Part shown: positions 8,954-16,022 of the stretch, one piece after another
Layout: every line of letters starts with the position of its first letter
How positions within the stretch are numbered: the stretch's first letter is position 1
Assembly (NCBI RefSeq): GCF_014396165.1
Contig: NZ_CP060715.1
Coordinates: 30,001 to 62,000, forward strand
Direction of reading: 5' to 3'
Length of the DNA: 32,000 nucleotides
Source of the DNA: Erysipelothrix inopinata
GTDB lineage: Bacteria; Bacillota_I; Bacilli_A; Erysipelotrichales; Erysipelotrichaceae
Translations under genes and position numbers: made by a program
The notes under the pieces: model-generated
Told to the model about the DNA's origin: nothing
The model's input: only the letters and a program-made list of their open reading frames with translations
Database searches by the model: none

Positions 8954-9961
8954 CTACATTTCTTTCATTTTCGGATCAAATGCATCACGTAAGCCATCTG
9001 CTAGTATATTGAAACTCAACATCAAGATAGCTAAAATCACAACAGGTATGATTGTCATAAATGGTGTAACAAGGATTGATTTGAATCCTGTATTAATGAG
9101 TGTTCCTAAACTCGCCATTGGAACGGGAAGCCCCAATCCAACGAATGCAAGGAACGCTTCATAGAAGATAGCACTTGGTATTGAGAACATTGACATAATA
9201 ATAATTTGGCTAAAGATATTTGGAAGTATTTCTTTAAATATAATAAAGAAATGCCCAGCTCCTAATGTTTTAGATGCAAGCACAAATTCTTGTTCTTTAA
9301 CCTTCAATACCTGAGCCCTCGTGACACGACTCATACCAATCCATCCCGTTAACATTAAAGCAATAATAATTGTTGTCAATGAAGGACTCATGACAACCAA
9401 AAGTAATACCAAGATTACCAGGTTTGGAATACTACTGATAATTTCCACAATACGCTGCATGACACTATCAACAGCTCCGCCAAAGTATCCTGATATAAGT
9501 CCATATATCATACCGAAACAGATATCAATAATTACGGCAATAAATGCAATCGTAAGCGAGATTCTCGTACCTTCCCAAACTCTTACCCATAAATCTCTTC
9601 CTAATACATCTGTACCAAAGTAATGGTATTCATGAGTGAGTCCTAATGTTTGATACTTATTGACTCCATTCACACTTCCTGTAAATAATCCCATATTTTC
9701 AAGACCCGGAATCCTTGGACCCATACTTTGTTTTTCTGTAAAGACTTGATCGAAGGCATATGGACTCAATAAAGGAGCAACAATAGCAATTACAATAATA
9801 ATTACAATCAGAGATAAAGCAATAACCGCACTCTTATTTGCAAAGAAGCGTTTCACGGCATCTTTCCAAAATGGTACAGTTTCTATCACTTCATCTTGAG
9901 CATGACTGAAATCTTTATTAACAAGCTCGAAGTCATTTTCTAAAAATTCTAATTTATCCAT
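8954..9961 (-). CDS. oppC: Oligopeptide ABC transporter permease OppC
   Basis: Polytopic BPD-transport permease. I prefer the start MDKLEF at 9961, because GAAAGGAGAAAACA lies directly upstream. The track start at 10021 lies well inside oppB. With the preferred start it overlaps the oppB end by 8 nt. Confidence 0.88.
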   Translation of the reverse strand: MDKLEFLENDFELVNKDFSHAQDEVIETVPFWKDAVKRFFANKSAVIALSLIVIIIVIAIVAPLLSPYAFDQVFTEKQSMGPRIPGLENMGLFTGSVNGVNKYQTLGLTHEYHYFGTDVLGRDLWVRVWEGTRISLTIAFIAVIIDICFGMIYGLISGYFGGAVDSVMQRIVEIISSIPNLVILVLLLVVMSPSLTTIIIALMLTGWIGMSRVTRAQVLKVKEQEFVLASKTLGAGHFFIIFKEILPNIFSQIIIMSMFSIPSAIFYEAFLAFVGLGLPVPMASLGTLINTGFKSILVTPFMTIIPVVILAILMLSFNILADGLRDAFDPKMKEM

Positions 9962-10907
9962 TGTTTTCTCCTTTCGTGAGACGAATTCTAGGATCAATGA
10001 GACCATAGGATACGTCAACAATTAACATCATGACAATATAGAGCAAACTGTATAAAAATGCGACAGCCATAATTACGTTGTAGTCATTTACTTCAATTGC
10101 CTTAACAAGAATGGTTCCCAGCCCAGGAATTCCGGATATTGTTTCAATAACCATACTTCCTGTAATGAGTCCAATCATGATTGGAGCAAGAACTGTAATA
10201 ACTGGGATCAGTGTGTTGCGAAGTGCATGATCCATAATAAGTTTTCTACGACTGAGCCCCTTAGCTTCTGCAAGAAGCATGTAATCACTGCCCAATACCT
10301 CAATCATTTCACTTCGAGTAAAGCGGGCAACGTTAGCAATAACACTTCCTGACAAAGCAAGCATTGGAATGATGGAAGAAGCAATCGGTCGACTGCTGTT
10401 ATAAATAATAGGCAGTACAGGAAACTTAACTCCCAGTAACATCAAAAGCAGTAACGCAAATACAAATGATGGAATTGAAACTCCGAGTACGGACAATACC
10501 GTTGCGAAAGTATCCCAAAATGTATTACGATGCAATGCTGCGAAGATTCCCAAACCAATCCCAATGATTGTTCCAAATACTACGGCACTAATTCCAATGG
10601 TGAATGAAATGGCTGCACGTGGTAATACGAGAGATGCAACATCCGCTCCGCGTGCTAATGAATAAGACTTGCCAAAATCTCCCATCATCATATTTTTAAA
10701 GTAGTGCCAAAATTGAACTGGTATGGGTTGATCTAACCCATATTTTGCATAAACTGCTGCCATTTGATCCGGTGTTAATTTTTCACTATTAAACGGTGAT
10801 CCTGGCATTAACTTGAGCATAAAGAATAATACTGCGGTAATTACAAATAACGTAACCATTGCAATGAGGATTCGTTTAAGTATATATTTCTGTGTTGATT
10901 TTGTCAT
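9954..10907 (-). CDS. oppB: Oligopeptide ABC transporter permease OppB
   Basis: 317 aa. The N-terminus ILKRILIAMVTLFVITAVLFFMLKLMPGSPF is typical OppB/DppB. GGGAGGAGAAG RBS. Confidence 0.9.
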   Translation of the reverse strand: MTKSTQKYILKRILIAMVTLFVITAVLFFMLKLMPGSPFNSEKLTPDQMAAVYAKYGLDQPIPVQFWHYFKNMMMGDFGKSYSLARGADVASLVLPRAAISFTIGISAVVFGTIIGIGLGIFAALHRNTFWDTFATVLSVLGVSIPSFVFALLLLMLLGVKFPVLPIIYNSSRPIASSIIPMLALSGSVIANVARFTRSEMIEVLGSDYMLLAEAKGLSRRKLIMDHALRNTLIPVITVLAPIMIGLITGSMVIETISGIPGLGTILVKAIEVNDYNVIMAVAFLYSLLYIVMMLIVDVSYGLIDPRIRLTKGENNG

Positions 10908-10922
10908 AACTTCTCCTCCCTT

Positions 10923-10958
10923 ATAAAAAATAGCACAAGGTTTTTAAATCTTGTGCTG
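10923..10958 (-). terminator. Intercistronic hairpin plus U-tract between oppA and oppB (partial terminator/attenuator)
   Basis: On the minus strand: AGCACAAG, a 10-nt loop, CTTGTGCT, then ATTTTTTAT. It sits in the 69-nt oppA-oppB gap. Confidence 0.65.
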
Positions 10959-10976
10959 TTTCTTAGTGAATCATCA

Positions 10977-12593
10977 TTACTCTGCCTTATCGACATTCTT
11001 GTATAGATATGGAACGCCAACAGCATGGGTTTCAATACCAGTTACTTTTGAATTGATAAGACTTGCGCCACCTACTTGGAACATTGGAGCTACAGGTAAG
11101 TCTTTCATTAAGACACCTTCTGCTTCTTGAAGAAGATTCCAACGTTTCGCAATATCAAAGGTTACTAAAGCTTCTGTTTCTAACTTATCGTATTCAGGGT
11201 TGTTGTAGCCACCGAAGTTATACGTGCTATCTTTTAACATTAAGTTCAAGTAAGTTGTTGGGTCAGAATAATCTGGGCCCCAACGTGTTAGCTGGATATC
11301 AAAGTTAGCTTCACGTTGCATTTGCAGACGGTTCTCTTTAGGTACTCCAACCATTTCAATTTCGAGTCCTTCAAGGGTACTTGTAAGTTCAGATTGAATA
11401 AATTCAGCTGCAGGTTTTGCGGGATCACTGGTTTCGAATAAGAATTTAATCTTAACCTTCTCAACACCTGCTTCTTTTTTACCTTCAGCCCAAAGTTGTT
11501 TCGCTTTTTCTTTATCTGACTTGTTGTATACAGGTGCTGATTCACGGTAATCTTTTCCATCAGGGCCTGTAGCCAGTCCAACTGGAACAAATCCATCACC
11601 TGGAACTGAACCATCTTTAAGAACATTGTTTACAAGTTGGTCTTTATCAACAGCAATTGCAATCGCTTCACGAATTTTTTGATTTGATAGTGCAGGATGT
11701 TCAAAGTTATACATCATGTACCATAGGTAACCTTCAAGTACATTCGTAAATTCTTTCGATTCCTTATACTTATCAACTAAGTCCGAGTTTAATTTTACAA
11801 AGTCTGTAGAACCACCTTCAAAGTCAAGAACAGCGGTACTTGCTTCACCAATAATATTGAAAACTAATTGATCCGCTTTAACATTAGCTGCATCCCAGTA
11901 AGTTGGATTTTTCTCCAATGTTACTTTTGAACCTTTTTCCCAAGAAACCATTTTGAATGGTCCGTTAGCAACAAGATTTTTCGCATCAAGTGCATAGTTT
12001 TCACCTTGTTCTGTTACGAATTTTTCATTGAGAGGAAAGAATACTGGAAATGCCATTAAACTATCAAAGAAGCTAACCGGATTGTCTAATTTAATTTCAA
12101 GAGTCTTATCATCAAGTGCTTTAACACCAAGTTCTGATTTATCGACCTCTCCTTTTTGTACTTTCGCAGCATTCACAATGTTAGCTGCATCTCCTGTAAA
12201 TAAGTAATTGTAGATTGCATCAGGATTTGTGTTTGCATCTTGCCAAGCATATACAAAGTCATGCGCTGTAACAGGATCATCATTTGCCCATTTAGCATCA
12301 CGAAGTTTAAATGTCCAAGTAAGTTGATCATCACTTACCTCATGAGATTCTGCTAAGGCATGGATTACTTTTCCGTCTTTATCAACACTCATCAACCCTT
12401 CTGTAGTTGCTGCAATAATTTCAAAAGACATACCATCTGTTGCATATCGGCTATCCATCGATGCGATATCATTTTCTTTTGCAAAGGTAATTGTTTTCTT
12501 ACCACCTGCCCCATCAGGTCCCTTTTTAGCCCCACAGGCTACAAGGCTTAAAACTAACAATACCAGTGCGAAACTCTTCACCATTTTCTTCAT
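10977..12593 (-). CDS. oppA: Oligopeptide-binding lipoprotein OppA (family 5 SBP)
   Basis: The preferred start is MKKMVKSFALVLLVLSLVAC at 12593. This gives a lipoprotein signal with lipobox LVAC, and AGGAGAAAGGGG lies upstream. The 30-codon extension in the track lacks an RBS. The body is a typical SBP_bac_5. Confidence 0.9.
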   Translation of the reverse strand: MKKMVKSFALVLLVLSLVACGAKKGPDGAGGKKTITFAKENDIASMDSRYATDGMSFEIIAATTEGLMSVDKDGKVIHALAESHEVSDDQLTWTFKLRDAKWANDDPVTAHDFVYAWQDANTNPDAIYNYLFTGDAANIVNAAKVQKGEVDKSELGVKALDDKTLEIKLDNPVSFFDSLMAFPVFFPLNEKFVTEQGENYALDAKNLVANGPFKMVSWEKGSKVTLEKNPTYWDAANVKADQLVFNIIGEASTAVLDFEGGSTDFVKLNSDLVDKYKESKEFTNVLEGYLWYMMYNFEHPALSNQKIREAIAIAVDKDQLVNNVLKDGSVPGDGFVPVGLATGPDGKDYRESAPVYNKSDKEKAKQLWAEGKKEAGVEKVKIKFLFETSDPAKPAAEFIQSELTSTLEGLEIEMVGVPKENRLQMQREANFDIQLTRWGPDYSDPTTYLNLMLKDSTYNFGGYNNPEYDKLETEALVTFDIAKRWNLLQEAEGVLMKDLPVAPMFQVGGASLINSKVTGIETHAVGVPYLYKNVDKAE

Positions 12594-12620
12594 AGTATTC
12601 CCCTTTCTCCTTCTTGAAAC

Positions 12621-12640
12621 CTTTTTCAGAAATATTTCTG
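12621..12640 (-). promoter_or_regulatory. Palindrome CAGAAATATTTCTG / CodY-box-like element in the opp leader
   Basis: A perfect 14-bp palindrome at 12627-12640 lies between the -10 and the RBS. The minus-strand 15-mer ATATTTCTGAAAAAG (12621-12635) matches AATTTTCWGAAAATT at 11 of 15 positions. Confidence 0.3.
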
Positions 12641-12654
12641 TAAGATTTTCATAC

Positions 12655-12683
12655 ATTATCCATTTATTTACATTGTATGTCAA
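12655..12683 (-). promoter_or_regulatory. Candidate sigma-A promoter of the opp operon
   Basis: On the minus strand: TTGACA (12683-12678), a 17-nt spacer, then GATAAT (12660-12655). Confidence 0.6.
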
Positions 12684-12699
12684 GCATAATAAAACTTTT

Positions 12700-12741
12700 T
12701 TATTAAAAAAGAAAAAACAAGCTCATTTATTGAGCTTGTTT
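12700..12741 (-). terminator. Rho-independent terminator downstream of pfk (second of two hairpins)
   Basis: On the minus strand: AAACAAGCTCA, loop ATAAA, TGAGCTTGTTT, followed by TTTCTTTTTT. Confidence 0.8.
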
Positions 12742-12747
12742 CTAAGA

Positions 12748-12795
12748 GTTAATTATTAAAGAGATGTCACAAATGACATCCCTTTAATAATTAAC
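12748..12795. repeat. 48-nt inverted repeat (22-bp arms, 4-nt loop) overlapping the pfk stop codon
   Basis: GTTAATTATTAAAGAGATGTCA caaa TGACATCCCTTTAATAATTAAC. The arms are complementary at 21 of 22 positions, and the odd pair is G-U in the minus-strand RNA. The right arm includes the TAA stop (12791-12793). Confidence 0.85.
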
Positions 12796-13999
12796 GCATG
12801 TAGTATGGTTTAACTTGTAGTGGTAATCCTTTTTCATCAAATTTGATGTCTGGACGTCCAACTAATAGTGGTGCGAAGTAAGCATGTGCTTCTTCTGTAA
12901 TACCTGCAAAGTTTGGTAATACCCATTCTTGTGGGAAGTTACGTACGTGGTTTGCAATGTTGCTTGATGCAGTTGCATCAAATTCAACATCGTATGTATC
13001 TCCTTCAACACGACGAACATATACTGTTTGTCCTGAGAATTTAGGATCTACTGAACGCATGTGTGCTGACATACCAAGTTTGAATGATTCTTCAACGTCA
13101 ACTTTTGATTGTTCTGAAGCGTGTGAACGTTGTGCATTACTTAAGTCTTGAACTTTAGCACGTTCTGAGATACCTGAATCAAGAATTAACTCTTTTAATG
13201 CATTACCTGCTCCACCAAGAACAGCGTGACCGAATGTATCATTTTTTGATTCACCAGCTGCAAGGTAAGTACCATCAGCGTAACGAACACCTTCACTTAC
13301 AACAACATAACATTTGTTTTTTGCATCTAATTGTTTCTTAACAGCTGCTAAGAAAGCTTCTTTGTCGAATGGTAGTTCTGGTAATACAAGAACGTCAACG
13401 ATTCCTGATACACAAGCACTAGCTGCTAACCAACCAGCATCACGTCCCATTGTTTCAAGAATGAATACATCTTGACGTGTATAAACTGTACTATCCATCC
13501 ATGTTTGATATGCAGTAGTAGCAATAAATTTAGCTGCACTTGCGAATCCTGGAGCATGGTCCATAACCATTAAGTCGTTATCAACAGTTTTAGGACATCC
13601 AACAAATTGGAATCCTTCGATGTTGTTTGCTTTTGCATATTCGTCTAAAGCAGCAACTGTATCCATTGAGTCGTTACCACCTGTATAGAATAATGTACGG
13701 ATGTCATGTTTTTCCATAACTTCAAATAGACGTTTGAAGTCTGCAACATTTTCTCTCTTTAATTTATAACGGCATGATCCAAGAGCACTTGAAGGTGTTT
13801 GACGAAGAATTTGATTTTCTTCTTCACTCATGTGAGTTAAATCAACGAATTGTTCGTTAAGAATTCCTTCAATACCATGAATACCACCCAATACTGTATC
13901 GTAAATTGGGTTTAATTGATTTGCCTTAACGACACCTGCTACAGTAGCGTTAATAACTGATGTTGGCCCACCTGATTGAGCCACTAAACATTTAGCCAT
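12791..13999 (-). CDS. pfp: 6-phosphofructokinase family enzyme, probably PPi-dependent (diphosphate-fructose-6-phosphate 1-phosphotransferase)
   Basis: 402 aa. QSGGPTSVINA, TGGNDSMDT, GCPKTVDNDL, ETMGRDAGWLA. The Asp at the E. coli-104 equivalent and the Lys at the 124 equivalent are the PPi-type signature. Confidence 0.8.
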   Translation of the reverse strand: MAKCLVAQSGGPTSVINATVAGVVKANQLNPIYDTVLGGIHGIEGILNEQFVDLTHMSEEENQILRQTPSSALGSCRYKLKRENVADFKRLFEVMEKHDIRTLFYTGGNDSMDTVAALDEYAKANNIEGFQFVGCPKTVDNDLMVMDHAPGFASAAKFIATTAYQTWMDSTVYTRQDVFILETMGRDAGWLAASACVSGIVDVLVLPELPFDKEAFLAAVKKQLDAKNKCYVVVSEGVRYADGTYLAAGESKNDTFGHAVLGGAGNALKELILDSGISERAKVQDLSNAQRSHASEQSKVDVEESFKLGMSAHMRSVDPKFSGQTVYVRRVEGDTYDVEFDATASSNIANHVRNFPQEWVLPNFAGITEEAHAYFAPLLVGRPDIKFDEKGLPLQVKPYYMR

Positions 14000-14032
14000 A
14001 ATCTCTATCTACTCCTTATGTTTTCCGTTACT

Positions 14033-14061
14033 ATTATACACAAGTTTCATCAATAAACCAA
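14033..14061 (-). promoter_or_regulatory. Candidate promoter of pfk
   Basis: On the minus strand: TATAAT (14038-14033), with a weak -35 TTGGTT 17 nt upstream (14061-14056). The RBS AAGGAG lies before the ATG at 13999. Confidence 0.4.
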
Positions 14062-14117
14062 ATGACTTTCCCTCTTTTAGCACTTTCAATTTAAAAAACA
14101 AGCGAAACTTCACCGAA

Positions 14118-14146
14118 TTTGTGAAAGAGCATCCAATTGGATGCTC
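14118..14146 (-). terminator. Hairpin terminator immediately after the ABC-F gene
   Basis: GAGCATCC aatt GGATGCTC (14127-14146), a perfect 8-bp stem, starts at the base after the TAG stop. The downstream tract TTTCACAAATTC is only moderately U-rich. Confidence 0.55.
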
Positions 14147-16012
14147 CTAATTAATTTGAATATCTTGAGCTTCGAAATCTTCTGCCAGCTCTGCCCATTC
14201 ATTTTCGCGTGTTTTTATCTCATTATGAATTTCATCAATCGTCTCATTGAGCGCATTCATCTTCTCAAAATCATGATAAATCTCTGGGTCAAAGCGATGC
14301 TCACGATGCACCTCGAGATCTTCATACAATTCCATAAGTTCTGCTTCCAGTTTCTTATATCTGTTTTTCTTTTTCTTAATCGATTCGTACGACTCTTTTT
14401 GAGTAACTTTGGTTTCACTTACTTTTTCTTTTTCAGAACTAATAATTTCACCAATCGTTTTCTCAGTATGCGTAATTTCACCGTCTTTAATGACAAGGAT
14501 ATCGGTAGCAAGCTTCTCAATAAAATAGCGGTCATGTGATACAAAAATCATCGTTCCATCGTATTGTTCGAGTGCCTTCTCGAGTGCTTCTTTACCTTGA
14601 ATGTCCAAGTGGTTTGTGGGCTCATCGAGGATAAGTAAGTTATCATGACTTAACATCAACTTAACAAGCGACAAGCGAACACGCTCGCCCCCCGATAAGA
14701 CATTCACATTCTTAAAGACTTCTTCACCTTTGAATAAGAAGCGTCCAAGTGCGGTACGAATTTCAGTGTGATCAAGGGCAGGGAAATCATCCCATACTTC
14801 TTCAAGAACAGTTTTATCCATATGAAATTCGAGGAGATTTTGGTCGAAGTAACCAATTTCAATTTGATGACCAAAAAGAAGATCACCAGCTAGCGGATCC
14901 ATTTTACCAGAAATAGTTTTTAGTAACGTCGACTTACCCGTACCATTGTCTCCAACAATTGCATAGCGATGACCTCTTACAAATGTTCCTGTGTATTCAA
15001 AGAGTGGTTTATCATATCCTACTTGGTAATTTGAAAGCTGGAGTACTTCTTTTCCCCCACGTATGTTGGATTTAAATTCTGCTTTGAACTCACGTTTCTT
15101 AACATCCTTTTTCTCAAGACGATCCATTCTATCCAGATACTTAATTTTTGACTGCGCGAACGCTGCTTTACTTTTTTTGTATCTAAATTTCTCAATGAGT
15201 TTTTCTATACGTTCAATTTCTTTTTGTTGGTTTTGATACTTAATATTGTGTTTTTCTATCTGATCTTCTTTAAGTTTTAGATAGCCAGAGTAGTTGCTTG
15301 AATAACGTGTAGCAACACGATCTTCAATCTCAACAACTACATTACAAACACGGTCTAAAAATAACCGGTCGTGGGATACAACGACGACAGCACCATCGTA
15401 ATTATTAAGATACGACTCAAGCCATTCAATTGTGGAAATATCCAAATGGTTCGTTGGCTCATCCAAAAAGAGAATATCCGGTTTGCTTAGTAAGAGTCTT
15501 ACAAAGGCAAGACGTGTTACTTGACCTCCCGAGAAGGTATTTAGTGGACGCTTTAAATCTTCAACTGTAAAGTTAAACTTAGTGAGTACGGTGTGAATCT
15601 CAGATTCAAACGTATATCCCCCACGTCGCATAAATTCTTGTTGAACACGGTCATAACGAGCGAGCATTTGTTCACTATGGTCCTCGATCATTTGCTGTTC
15701 TAAACTTTGTAGTTGATCTTGAAGAGCATAAACATCTTGATATGCTTCATCAAAAAACTCTTGAACTGTCAGAGCATCATTACCAATATTAATTTGATCT
15801 AAAAAGCCCTTACGAGTATTTGATTTCCAGAAAACATCTCCACTATCAAGTGTATTTTCTCCGGATAATACTTTAAAAAGTGTTGTTTTACCAACACCAT
15901 TCGCACCAATGAGTGCTACTTTTTCATTTTCTTTAATTAATAAATTCAAATCTTCAAATAACTCTTGAGAGCCAAATGATTTGTATGCATTTCTAACTTG
16001 AACAATCATCAT
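14147..16012 (-). CDS. ABC-F family ATPase (two ABC cassettes, no TM domain; translation-factor type, YdiF/Uup-like)
   Basis: 621 aa. First cassette: GANGVGKT / FSGGQ / ILFLDEPTNHLD. Second cassette: GDNGTGKST / LSGGE / LLILDEPTNHLD. A ~60-aa basic helical inter-domain linker and a charged coiled-coil C-terminal extension are present. Confidence 0.9.
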   Translation of the reverse strand: MMIVQVRNAYKSFGSQELFEDLNLLIKENEKVALIGANGVGKTTLFKVLSGENTLDSGDVFWKSNTRKGFLDQINIGNDALTVQEFFDEAYQDVYALQDQLQSLEQQMIEDHSEQMLARYDRVQQEFMRRGGYTFESEIHTVLTKFNFTVEDLKRPLNTFSGGQVTRLAFVRLLLSKPDILFLDEPTNHLDISTIEWLESYLNNYDGAVVVVSHDRLFLDRVCNVVVEIEDRVATRYSSNYSGYLKLKEDQIEKHNIKYQNQQKEIERIEKLIEKFRYKKSKAAFAQSKIKYLDRMDRLEKKDVKKREFKAEFKSNIRGGKEVLQLSNYQVGYDKPLFEYTGTFVRGHRYAIVGDNGTGKSTLLKTISGKMDPLAGDLLFGHQIEIGYFDQNLLEFHMDKTVLEEVWDDFPALDHTEIRTALGRFLFKGEEVFKNVNVLSGGERVRLSLVKLMLSHDNLLILDEPTNHLDIQGKEALEKALEQYDGTMIFVSHDRYFIEKLATDILVIKDGEITHTEKTIGEIISSEKEKVSETKVTQKESYESIKKKKNRYKKLEAELMELYEDLEVHREHRFDPEIYHDFEKMNALNETIDEIHNEIKTRENEWAELAEDFEAQDIQIN

Positions 16013-16022
16013 TTCACCTGCT

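Noticed and set aside
12594-12683. The 30-codon N-terminal extension of oppA in the ORF track. The extensions of oppC to 10021 and rimI to 20913 are similar cases.
   Set aside because: The internal ATGs have good RBSs and give a canonical lipoprotein signal (oppA) or tidy coupling to the upstream stop (oppC, rimI). The extensions run through promoter sequence or the preceding gene.
14075-14088. cre-like 14-mer TGAAAGTGCTAAAA (minus strand) upstream of the pfk -35.
   Set aside because: It has two mismatches to the CcpA cre consensus, including one in the central CG and one in the conserved 3' CA. That is too weak to call in AT-rich DNA.
14109-14127. CTTCACcgaatttGTGAAA upstream of pfk, considered as a Rex operator.
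   Set aside because: The half-sites are in TTCAC...GTGAA polarity, the inverse of the Rex box TTGTGAA...TTCACAA. The stem is only 5 bp, so it is not a meaningful hairpin either.
14141-14539. 132-aa plus-strand ORF antisense to the 3' end of the ABC-F gene.
   Set aside because: It is a low-complexity Phe/Leu/Ile-rich translation of the antisense of a Lys/Glu-rich coiled-coil region. It begins inside the terminator hairpin and has no RBS.
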